NCBI RefSeq assembly: GCF_009914755.1 | Contig: NC_060931.1 | DNA length: 64,000 bases | Source of the DNA: the human T2T-CHM13v2.0 reference genome, Homo sapiens | Strand: one strand, 5' to 3' | The notes under the pieces: model-generated | Database searches by the model: none | Seen by the model: the letters and a program-made list of their open reading frames with translations, nothing else | Told to the model about the DNA's origin: nothing | In this document: positions 39,772-51,856 of the stretch, one piece after another | Layout of the letters: each line of letters opens with the position of its first letter | How positions within the stretch are numbered: position 1 is the first letter of the stretch | Program-made: the position numbers and the translations under genes

Positions 39772-42700
39772 CATTCTCAGAAACTACTTTGTGATGTGTG
39801 CCTTCAACTCACAGAGTTTAACCTTTCTTTTCTTAGAGCAGTTTAGAAACACTCTGCTTGTTATGTCTGCAAGTGGATATTTGGACCTCTTTGAGGCCTT
39901 CGTTGCAAACGGGGTTTCTTCCTTTAATGCTAGACTAAGAAGAGTTCTCAGTAACTTTTTTGTGTTGTGTGTATTCAACTCACAGAGTTGAACCTTGCTT
40001 TAGAGAGAGCAGATTTGAAACACTCTTGCTGTGGCATTTTCAGGTGGAGATTTCAAGCGATTTGAGGACAATTGCAGAAAAGGAAATATCTTCGTATAAT
40101 AACCAGACAGAATCATTCTCAGAAAGTGCTTTGTGATGTGTGCGTTCAACTCACAGAGTTTAACCTTTCTTTTCATAGAGGAGTTTGGAAACACACTGTT
40201 TGTAAAGTCTGCAAGTGGATATATGGACCTGTTTGAGGCCTTCGTTGGAAACGGGATTTCTTCATTGAATGCTAGACGGAAGAATTCTCAGTAAATTCTT
40301 TGTGTTGTGTGCATTCAACTCACAGAGTGGAACGTCCCTTTAGACAGAGCAGATTTGAAACACTCTTTTTGCGGAATTTGCAAGTGGAGATTTCTAGCCA
40401 TTTGATGCCAACAGTAGAAAGGGAAATATCTTCAAATAAATACCAGACAGAATCATTCTCAGAAAATTCTTTGTGATGTGTGCGTTCAACTCACATAGTT
40501 TAACCTTTCTTTTCATAGAGTAGTTTGGAAACACTCTGTTTGTAAAGTCTGCAAGTGGATATATGGACCGCATTGAGGCCTTTGTTGGAAACGGGATTTC
40601 TTCATTTCATGCTAGACAGAAGAATTCTCAGTAACTTCTTTGTGCTGTGTGTATTCAACTCACAGAGTGGAACGTCCCTTTACACAGAGCAGATTTGAAA
40701 CACTCTTTTTGTGGAATTTGCAAGTGGAGATTTCAAGCGATTTGATGCCAACAGTAGAAAAGGAAATATCTTCAAATAAAAACTAGACAGAATCATTCTC
40801 AGAAACTACTTTGTGATGTGTGCCTTCAACTCACAGAGTTTAACCTTTCTTTTCTTAGAGCAGTTTAGAAACACTCTGCTTGTTATGTCTGCAAGTGGAT
40901 ATTTGGACCTCTTTGAGGCCTTCGTTGCAAACGGGATTTCTTCCTTTAATGCTAGACTAAGAAGAGTTCTCAGTAACTTTTTTGTGTTGTGTGTATTCAA
41001 CTCACAGAGTTGAACCTTGCTTTAGAGAGAGCAGATTTGAAACACTCTTGCTGTGGCATTTTCAGGTGGAGATTTCAAGCGATTTGAGGACAATTGCAGA
41101 AAAGGAAATATCTTCGTATAATAACCAGACAGAATCATTCTCAGAAAGTGCTTTGTGATGTGTGCGTTCAACTCACAGAGTTTAACCTTTCTTTTCATAG
41201 AGGAGTTTGGAAACACACTGTTTGTAAAGTCTGCAAGTGGATATATGGACCTGTTTGAGGCCTTCGTTGGAAACGGGATTTCTTCATTGAATGCTAGACG
41301 GAAGAATGCTCAGTAAATCCTTTGTGTTGTGTGCATTCAACTCACAGAGTGCAACGTCCCTTTAGACTGAGCAGATTTGAAACACTCTTTTTGCGGAATT
41401 TGCAAGTGGAGATTTCTAGCCATTTGATGCCAACAGTAGAAAGGGAAATATCTTCAAATAAAAACCAGACAGAATCATTCTCAGAAAATTCTTTGTGATG
41501 TGTGCGTTCAACTCACATAGTTTAACCTTTCTTTTCATAGAGCAGTTTGGAAACACTCTGTTTGTAAAGTCTGCAAGTGGATATATGGACCGCATTGAGG
41601 CCTTCGTTGGAAACGGGATTTCTTCATTTCATGCTAGACAGAAGAATTCTCAGTAACTTCTTTGTGCTGTGTGTATTCAACTCACAGAGTGGAACGTCCC
41701 TTTGCACAGAGCAGATTTAAAACACTCTTTTTGTGGAATTTGCAAGTGGAGATTTCAAGCGATTTGATGCCAACAGTAGAAAAGGAAATATCTTCAAATA
41801 AAAACTAGACAGAGTCATTCTCAGAAACTACTTTGTGATGTGTGCCTTCAACTCACAGAGTTTAACCTTTCTTTTCTTAGAGCAGTTTAGAAACACTCTG
41901 CTTGTTATGTCTGCAAGTGGATATTTGGACCTCTTTGAGGCCTTCGTTGCAAACGGGGTTTCTTCCTTTAATGCTAGACAAAGAAGAGTTCTCAGTAACT
42001 TTTTTGTGTTGTGTGTATTCAACTCACAGAGGTGAACCTTGCTTTAGAGAGAGCAGATTTGAAACACTCTTGCTGTGGCATTTTCAGGTGGAGATTTCAA
42101 GCGATTTGAGGACAATTGCAGAAAAGGAAATATCTTCGTATAATAACCAGACAGAATCATTCTCAGAAAGTGCTTTGTGATGTGTGCGTTCAACTCACAG
42201 AGTTTAACCTTTCTTTTCATAGAGGAGTTTGGAAACACACTGTTTGTAAAGTCTGCAATTGGATATATGGACCTGTTTGTGGCCTTCGTTGGAAACGGGA
42301 TTTCTTCATTGAATGCTAGATGGAAGAATTCTCAGTAAATTCTTTGTGTTGTGTGCATTCAACTCACAGAGTGGAACGTCCCTTTAGACAGAGCAGATTT
42401 GAAACACTCTTTTTGCGGAATTTGCAAGTGGAGATTTCTAGCCATTTGATGTCAACAGTAGAAAGGGAAATATCTTCAAATAAAAACCAGACAGAATCAT
42501 TCTCAGAAAATTCTTTGTGATGTGTGCGTTCAACTCACATAGTTTAACCTTTCTTTTCATAGAGGAGTTTGGAAACACTCTGTTTGTAACGTCTGCAAGT
42601 GGATATATGGACCGCATTGAGGCCTTCGTTGGAAACGGGATTTCTTCATTTCATGCTAGACAGAAGAATTCTCAGTAACTTCTTTGTGCTGTGTGTATTC

Positions 42701-43859
42701 AACTCACAGAGTGGAACGTCCCTTTACACAGAGCAGATTTGAAACACTCTTTTTGTGGAATTTGCAAGTAGAGATTTCAAGCGATTTGATGCCAACAGTA
42801 GAAAAGGAAATATCTTCAAATAAAAACTAGACAGAATCATTCTCAGAAACTACTTTGTGATGTGTGCCTTCAACTCACAGAGTTTAACCTTTCTTTTCTT
42901 AGAGCAGTTTAGAAACACTCTGCTTGTTATGTCTGCAAGTGGATATTTGGACCTCTTTGAGGCCTTCGTTGCAAACGGGGTTTCTTCCTTTAATGCTAGA
43001 CTAAGAAGAGTTCTCAGTAACTTTTTTGGGTTGTGTGTATTCAACTCACAGAGTTGAACCTTGCTTTAGAGAGAGCAGATTTGAAACACTCTTGCTGTGA
43101 CATTTTCAGGTGGAGATTTCAAGCGATTTGAGGACAATTGTAGAAAAGGAAATATCTTCGTATAATAACCAGACAGAATCATTCTCAGAAAGTGCTTTGT
43201 GATGTGTGCGTTCAACTCACAGAGTTTAACCTTTCTTTTCATAGAGGAGTTTGGAAACACACTGTTTGTAAAGTCTGCAAGTGGATATATGGACCTGTTT
43301 GAGGCCTTCGTTGGAAATGGGATTTCTTCATTGAATGCTAGACGGAAGAATTCTCAGTAAATTCTTTGTGTTGTGTGCATTCAACTCACAGAGTGGAACG
43401 TCCCTTTAGACAGAGCAGATTTGAAACACTCTTTTTGCGGAATTTGCAAGTGGAGATTTCTAGCCTTTTGATGCCAACAGTAGAAAGGGAAATATCTTCA
43501 AATAAAAACCAGACAGAATCATTCTCAGAAAATTCTTTGTGATGTGTGCGTTCAACTCACAGAGTTTAACCTTTCTTTTCATAGAGGAGTTTGGAAACAC
43601 ACTGTTTGTAAAGTCTGCAAGTGGATATATGGACCTGTTTGAGGCCTTCGTTGGAAACGGGATTTCTTCATTGAATGCTAGACGGAAGAATTCTCAGTAA
43701 ATTCTTTGTGTTGTGTGCATTCAACTCACAGAGTGGAACGTCCCTTTACACAGAGCAGATTTGAAACACTCTTTTTGTGGAATTTGCAAGTGGAGATTTC
43801 AAGCGATTTGATGCCAACAGTAGAAAAGGATATATCTGCAAATAAAAACTAGACAGAAT

Positions 43860-46239
43860 CATTCTCAGAAATTGCTTTGAGATGTGTGCCTTCAACTCAC
43901 AGAGTTTAACCTTTCTTTTCTTAGAGCAGTTTAGAAACACTCTGCTTGTTATGTCTGCAAGTGGATATTTGGACCTCTTTGAGGCCTTCGTTGCAAACGG
44001 GGTTTCTTCCTTTAATGCTAGACTAAGAAGAGTTCTCAGTAACTTTTTTGTGTTGTGTGTATTCAACTCACAGAGTTGAACCTTGCTTTAGAGAGAGCAG
44101 ATTTGAAACACTCTTGCTGTGGCATTTTCAGGTGGAGATTTCAAGCAATTTGAGGACAATTGCAGAAAAGGAAATATCTTCGTATAATAACCAGACAGAA
44201 TCATTCTCAGAAAGTGCTTTGTGATGTGTGCGTTCAACTCACAGAGTTTAACCTTTCTTTTCATAGAGGAGTTTGGAAACACACTGTTGTAAATCTGCAA
44301 TTGGATATATGGACCTGTTTGAGGCCTTCGTTGGAGACGGGATTTTATCATATAATGCTAGACGGAAGAATTCTCAGTAAATTCTTTGTGTTGTGTGCAT
44401 TCAACTCACAGAGTGGAACGTCCCTTTAGACAGAACAGATTTGAAACACTCTTTTTGCGGAATTTGCAAGTGGAGATTTCTAGCCATTTGATGCCAACAG
44501 TAGAAAGGGAAATATCTTCAAATAAAAACTAGACAGAATCATCCTCAGAAAATTCTTTGTGATGTGTGCGTTCAACTCACATACTTTAACCTTTCTTTTC
44601 ATAGAGCAGTTTGGAAACACTCTGTTGGTAATGTCTGCAAGTGGATATATGGACCGCTTTGAGGCCTTCGTTGGAAAAGGGCTTTCTTCATTTCATGCTA
44701 GACAGAAGAATTCTCAGTAACTTCTTTGTGTTGTGTGTATTCAACTCACAGATTGGAACGTCCCTTTACACAGAGCAGATTTGAAACACTCTTTTTGTGG
44801 AATTTGCAAGTGGAGATTTCAAGCGATTTGATGCCAACAGTAGAAAAGGAAATATCTGCAAATAAAAACTAGACAGAATCATTCTCAGAAAGTGCTTTGT
44901 GATGTGTGCGTTGAAATCACAGAGTTTAACCTTTCTTTTCATAGAGGAGTTTGGAAACACACTGTTTGTAAAGTCTGCAAGTGGATATATGGACCTGTTT
45001 GAGGCCTTCGTTGGAAATGGGATTTTATCATATAATGCTAGACGGAAGAATTCTCAGTAAATTCTTTGTGTTGTGTGCATTCAACTCACAGAGTGGAACG
45101 TCCCTTTAGACAGAGCAGATTTGAAACACTCTTTTTGCGGGATTTGCAACTGGAGATTTCTAGCCATTTGATGCCAACAGTAGAAAGGGAAATATCTTCA
45201 AATAAAAACTAGACAGAATCATCCTCAGAAAATTCTTTGTGATGTGTGCGTTCAACTCACATAGTTTAACCTTTCTTTTCATAGAGCAGTTTGGAAACAC
45301 TCTGTTGGTAATGTCTGCAAGTGGATATATGGACAGTTTTAAGGCATTCGTTGGAAACGGGATTTCTTCATTTCATGCTAGACAGAAGAATTCTCAGTAA
45401 CTTCTTTGAGTTGTGTGTATTCAACTCACAGATTGGAACGTCCCTTTACACAGAGCAGATTTGAAACACTCTTTTTGTGGAATTTGCAAGTGGAGATTTC
45501 AAGCGATTTGAAGCCAACAGTAGAAAAGGAAATATCTGCAAATAAAAACTAGACAGAATCATTCTCAGAAAGTGCTTTGTGATGTGTGCGTTCAACTCAC
45601 AGAGTTTAACCTTTCTTTTCTTAGAGGAGTTTGGAAACACACTTTTTGTAAAGTCTGCAATTGGATATATGGACCTGTTTGAGGCCTTCGTTGGAAACGG
45701 GATTTCTTCATTGAATGCTAGACGGAAGAATTCTCAGTAAATTCTTTGTGTTGTGTGCATTCAACTCACAGAGTGGAACGTCCCTTTAGAGAGAGCAGAT
45801 GTGAAACACTCTTTTTGCGGAATTTGCAAGTGGAGATTTCTAGCCATTTGATGCCAACAGTAGAAAGGGAAATATCTTCAAATAAAAACCAGACAGAATC
45901 ATTCTCAGAAAATTCTTTGTGATGTGTGCTTTCAACTCACATACTATAACCTTTCTTTTCATAGAGCAGTTTGGAAACACTCTGTTTGTAAAGTCTGCAA
46001 GTGTATATATGCACCGCATTGAGGTCTTCGTTGGAAACGGGATTTCTTCATTTCATGCTAGACAGAAGAATTCTCAGTAACTTCTTTGTGCTGTGTGAAT
46101 TCAACTCACCGAGTGGAACGTCCCTTTGCACAGAGCAGATTTGAAACACTCTTTTTGTGGAATTTGCAAGTGGAGATTTCAAGCCATTTGATGCCAACAG
46201 TAGAAAAGGAAATATCTTCAAATAAAAACTAGACAGAAT
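43860..46239 (+). repeat. 14-mer HOR variant, relatively divergent
   Basis: A-to-A distance 2380 bp (2 bp lost near 44287-44293). Confidence 0.87.
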
Positions 46240-48283
46240 CATTCTCAGAAACTACTTTGTGATGTGTGCCTTCAACTCACAGAGTTTAACCTTTCTTTTC
46301 TTAGAGCAGTTTAGAAACACTCTGCTTGTTATGTCTGCAAGTGGATATTTGGACCTCTTTGAGGCCTTCGTTGCAAACGGGGTTTCTTCCTTTAATGCTA
46401 GACTAAGAAGAGTTCTCAGTAACTTTTTTGGGTTGTGTGTATTCAACTCACAGAGTTGAACCTTGCTTTAGAGAGAGCAGATTTGAAACACTCTTGCTGA
46501 GGCATTTTCAGGTGGAGATTTCAAGCGATTTGAGGACAATTGCAGAAAAGGAAATATCTTCGTATAATAACCAGACAGAATCATTCTCAGAAAGTGCTTT
46601 GTGATGTGTGCGTTCAACTCACAGAGTTTAACCTTTCTTTTCATAGAGGAGTTTGGAAACACACTGTTTGTAAAGTCTGCAATTGGATATATGGACCTGT
46701 TTGTGGCCTTCGTTGGAAACGGGATTTCTTCATTGAATGCTAGATGGAAGAATTCTCAGTAAATTCTTTGTGTTGTGTGCATTCAACTCACAGAGTGGAA
46801 CGTCCCTTTAGACAGAGCAGATTTGAAACACTCTTTTTGCGGAATTTGCAAGTGGAGATTTCTAGCCATTTGATGCCAACAGTAGAAAGGGAAATATCTT
46901 CAAATAAAAACCAGACAGAATCATTCTCAGAAAATTCTTTGTGATGTGTGCGTTCAACTCACATAGTTTAACCTTTCTTTTCATAGAGCAGTTTGGAAAC
47001 ACTCTGTTTGTAAAGTCTGCAAGTAGATATATGGACCGCATTGAGGCCTTCGTTGGAAACGGGATTTCTTCATTTCATGCTAGACAGAAGAATTCTCAGT
47101 AACTTCTTTGTGCTGTGTGTATTCAACTCACAGTGTGGAACGTCCCTTTGCACAGAGCAGATTTGAAACACTCTTTTTGTGGAATTTGCAAGTGGAGATT
47201 TCCAGCGATTTGATGCCAACAGTAGAAAAGGAAATATCTTCAAATAAAAACTAGACAGAATCATTCTCAGAAACTACTTTGTGATGCGTGCCTTCAACTC
47301 ACAGAGTTTAACCTTTCTTTTCTTAGAGCAGTTTAGAAACACTCTGCTTGTTATGTCTGCAAGTGGATATTTGGACCTCTTTGAGGCCTTCGTTGCAAAC
47401 GGGGTTTCTTCCTTTAATGCTAGACTAAGAAGAGTTCTCAGTAACTTTTTTGTGTTGTGTGTATTCAACTCACAGAGTTGAACCTTGCTTTAGAGAGAGC
47501 AGATTTGAAACACTCTTGCTGTGGCATTTTCAGGTGGAGATTTCAAGCGATTTGAGGACAATTGCAGAAAAGGAAATATCTTCGTATAATAACCAGACAG
47601 AATCATTCTCAGAAAGTGCTTTGTGATGTGTGCGTTCAACTCACAGAGTTTAACCTTTCTTTTCATAGAGGAGTTTGGAAACACACTGTTTGTAAAGTCT
47701 GCAAGTGGAAATATGGACCTGTTTGAGGCCTTCGTTCGAAAAGGGATTTCTTCATTGAATGCTAGACGGAAGAATTCTCAGTAAATTCTTTGTGTTGTGT
47801 GCATTCAACTCACAGAGTGGAACGTCCCTTTAGACAGAGCAGATTTGAAACACTCTTTTTGCGGAATTTGCAAGTGGAGATTTCTAGCCATTTGATGCCA
47901 ACAGTAGAAAGGGAAATATCTTCAAATAAAAACCAGACAGAATCATTCTCAGAAAATTCATTGTGATGTGTGCGTTCAACTCACATACTTTAACCTTTCT
48001 TTTCATAGAGCAGTTTGGAAACACTCTGTTTGTAAAGTCTGCAAGTGGATATATGGACCGCATTGAGGCCTTCATTGGAAACGGGATTTCTTCATTTCAT
48101 GCTAGACAGAAGAATTCTCACTAACTTCTTTGTGCTGTGTGTATTCAACTCACAGAGTGGAACGTCCCTTTACACAGAGCAGATTTGAAACACTCTTTTT
48201 GTGGAATTTGCAAGTGGAGATTTCAAGCGATTTGATGCCAACAGTAGAAAAGGAAATATCTGCAAATAAAAACTAGACAGAAT

Positions 48284-49812
48284 CATTCTCAGAAACTACT
48301 TTGTGATGTGTGCCTTCAACTCACAGAGTTTAACCTTTCTTTTCTTAGAGCAGTTTAGAAACACTCTGCTTGTTATGTCTGCTAGTGGGTATTTGGACCT
48401 GTTTGAGGCCTTCGTTGCAAACGGGGTTTCTTCCTTTAATGCTAGACTAAGAAGAGTTCTCAGTAACTTTTTTCTGTTGTGTGTATTCAACTCACAGAGT
48501 TGAACCTTGCTTTAGAGAGAGCAGATTTGAAACACTCTTACTATGGCATTTTCAGGTGGAGATTTCAAGCGATTTGAGGACAATTGCAGAAAAGGAAATA
48601 TCTTCGTATAATAACCAGACAGAATCATTCTCAGAAAGTGCTTTGTGATGTGTGCGTTGAACTCACAGAGTTTAACCTTTCTTTTCATAGAGGAGTTTGG
48701 AAACACACTGTTTGTAAAGTCTGCAATTGGATATATGGACCTGTTTGAGGCCTTCGTTGGAAACGGGATTTCTTCATTGAATGCTAGACGGAAGAATTCT
48801 CAGTAAATTCTTTGTGTTGTGTGCATTCAACTCACAGAGTGGAACGTCCCTTTAGACAGAGCAGATTTGAAACACTCTTTTTGCGGAATTTGCAAGTGGA
48901 GATTTCTAGCCATTTGATGCCAACAGTAGAAAGGGAAATATCTTCAAATAAAAACTAGACAGAATCATCCTCAGAAAATTCTTTGCGATTTGTGCGTTCA
49001 ACTCACATACTTTAACGTTTCTTTTCATAGTGCAGTTTGGAAACACTCTGTTGGTAAAGTCTGCAAATGGATATATGGACCGCATTGAGGCCTTCGTTGG
49101 AAACGGGATTTCTTCATTTCATGCTAGACAGAAGAATTCTCAGTAACTTCTTTGTGCTGTGTGGATTCAACTCACAGAGTGGAACGTCCCTTTACACGGA
49201 GCAGATTTGAAACACTCTTTTTGTGGAAATTGCAATGGGACATTTCAAGCGATTTGATGCCAACAGTAGAAAAGGAAATATCTGCAATAAAAACAAGACA
49301 GAATCATTCTCAGAAAGTGCTTTGTGATGTGTGCGTTCAACTCACAGAGTGTAACCTTTCTTTTCATAGAGGAGTTTGGAAACACACTGTTTGTAAAGTC
49401 TGCAATTGGATATATGGACCTGTTTGAGGCCTTCGTTGGAAACGGGATTTCTTCATTGAATGCTAGACGGAAGAATTCTCAGTAAATTCTTTGTGTTGTG
49501 TGCATTCAACTCACAGAGTGGAACGTCCCTTTAGACAGAGCAGATTTGAAACACTCTTTTTGCGGAATTTGCAAGTGGAGATTTCTAGCCATTTGATGCC
49601 AACAGTAGAAAGGGAAATATCTTCAAATAAAAACCAGACAGAATCATTCTCAGAAAATTCTTTGTGATGTGTGCGTTCAACTCACATAGTTTCACCTTTC
49701 TTTTCATAGAGCAGTTTGGAAACACTCTGTTTGTAAAGTCTGCAAGTGGATATATGGACCGCATTGAGGCCTTCGTTGGAAACGGGATTTTTCATTTCAT
49801 GCTAGACAGAAG
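48284..49812 (+). repeat. 9-mer (odd) HOR variant, copy 1
   Basis: Register distance 1529 bp; single-monomer deletion junction at 49844-49858. Confidence 0.88.
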
Positions 49813-51856
49813 AATTCTCAGTAACTTCTTTGTGCTGTGTGTATTCAACTCACAGAGTTTAACCTTTCTTTTCTTAGAGCAGTTTAGAAACACTCTAGTT
49901 GTTATGTCTGCAAGTGGATATTTGGACCTCTTTGAGGCCTTCGTTGCAAACGGGGTTTCTTCCTTTAATGCTAGACTAAGAAGAGTTCTCAGTAACTTTT
50001 TTGTGTTGTGTGTATTCAACTCACAGTGTTGAAACTTGCTTTAGAGAGAGCAGATTTGAAACATTCTTGCTGTGGCATTTTCAGGTGGAGATTTCAAGCG
50101 ATTTGAGGACAATTGCAGAAAAGGAAATATCTTCGTATAATAACCAGACAGAGTCATTCTCAGAAAGTGCTTTGTGATGTGTGCGTTCAACTCACAGAGT
50201 TTAACCTTTCTTTTCATAGAGGAGTTTGGAAACACACTGTTTGTAAAGTCTGCAATTGGATATATGGACCTGTTTGAGGCTTTCGTTGGAAACGGGATTT
50301 CTTCATTGAATGCTAGACGGAAGAATTCTCAGTAAATTCTTTGTGTTGTGTGCATTCAACTCACAGAGTGGAACGTCCCTTTAGACAGAGCAGATTTGAA
50401 ACACTCTTTTTGCGGAATTTGCAAGTGGAGATTTCTAGCCATTTGATGCCAACAGTAGAAAGGGAAATATCTTCAAATAAAAACCAGACAGAATCATTCT
50501 CAGAAAATTCTTTGTGATGTGTGCGTTCAACTCACATAGTTTAACCTTTCTTTTCATAGAGCAGTTTGGAAACACTCTGTCTGTAAAGTCTGCAAGTGGA
50601 TATATGGACCGCATTGAGGCCTTCGTTGGAAACGGGATTTCTTCATTTCATGCTAGACAGAAGAATTCTCAGTAACTTCTTTGTGCTGTGTGTATTCAAC
50701 TCACAGTGTGGAACGTCCCTTTGCACAGAGCAGATTTGAAACACTCTTTTTGTGGAATTTGCAAGTGGAGATTTCCAGCGATTTGATGCCAACAGTAGAA
50801 AAGGAAATATCTTCAAATAAAAACTAGACAGAATCATTCTCAGAAACTACTTTGTGATGTGTGCCTTCAACTCACAGAGTTTAACCTTTCTTTTCTTAGA
50901 GCAGTTTAGAAACACTCTGCTTGTTATGTCTGCAAGTGGATATTTGGACCTCTTTGAGGCCTTCGTTGCAAACGGGGTTTCTTCCTTTAATGCTAGACTA
51001 AGAAGAGTTCTCAGTAACTTTTTTGTGTTGTGTGTATTCAACTCACAGAGTTGAACCTTGCTTTAGAGAGAGCAGATTTGAAACACTCTTGCTGTGGCAT
51101 TTTCAGGTGGAGATTTCAAGCGATTTGAGGACAATTGCAGAAAAGGAAATATCTTCGTATAATAACCAGACAGAATCATTCTCAGAAAGTGCTTTGTGAT
51201 GTGTGCGTTCAACTCACAGAGTTTAACCTTTCTTTTCATAGAGGAGTTTGGAAACACACTGTTTGTAAAGTCTGCAAGTGGAAATATGGACCTGTTTGAG
51301 GCCTTCGTTCGAAAAGGGATTTCTTCATTGAATGCTAGACGGAAGAATTCTCAGTAAATTCTTTGTGTTGTGTGCATTCAACTCACAGAGTGGAACGTCC
51401 CTTTAGACAGAGCAGATTTGAAACACTCTTTTTGCGGAATTTGCAAGTGGAGATTTCTAGCCATTTGATGCCAACAGTAGAAAGGGAAATATCTTCAAAT
51501 AAAAACCAGACAGAATCATTCTCAGAAAATTCTTTGTGATGTGTGCGTTCAACTCACATACTTTAACCTTTCTTTTCATAGAGCAGTTTGGAAACACTCT
51601 GTTTGTAAAGTCTGCAAGTGGATATATGGACCGCATTGAGGCCTTCATTGGAAACGGGATTTCTTCATTTCATGCTAGACAGAAGAATTCTCACTAACTT
51701 CTTTGTGCTGTGTGTATTCAACTCACAGAGTGGAACGTCTCTTTACACAGAGCAGATTTGAAACACTCTTTTTGTGGAATTTGCAAGTGGAGATTTCAAG
51801 CGATTTGATGCCAACAGTAGAAAAGGAAATATCTGCAAATAAAAACTAGACAGAAT

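Noticed and set aside
49664-50032. Longest ORF (122 aa), repeated at 57325-57693
   Set aside because: It results from the single-monomer deletion and a 1-bp deletion fusing satellite frames; nothing supports coding function.
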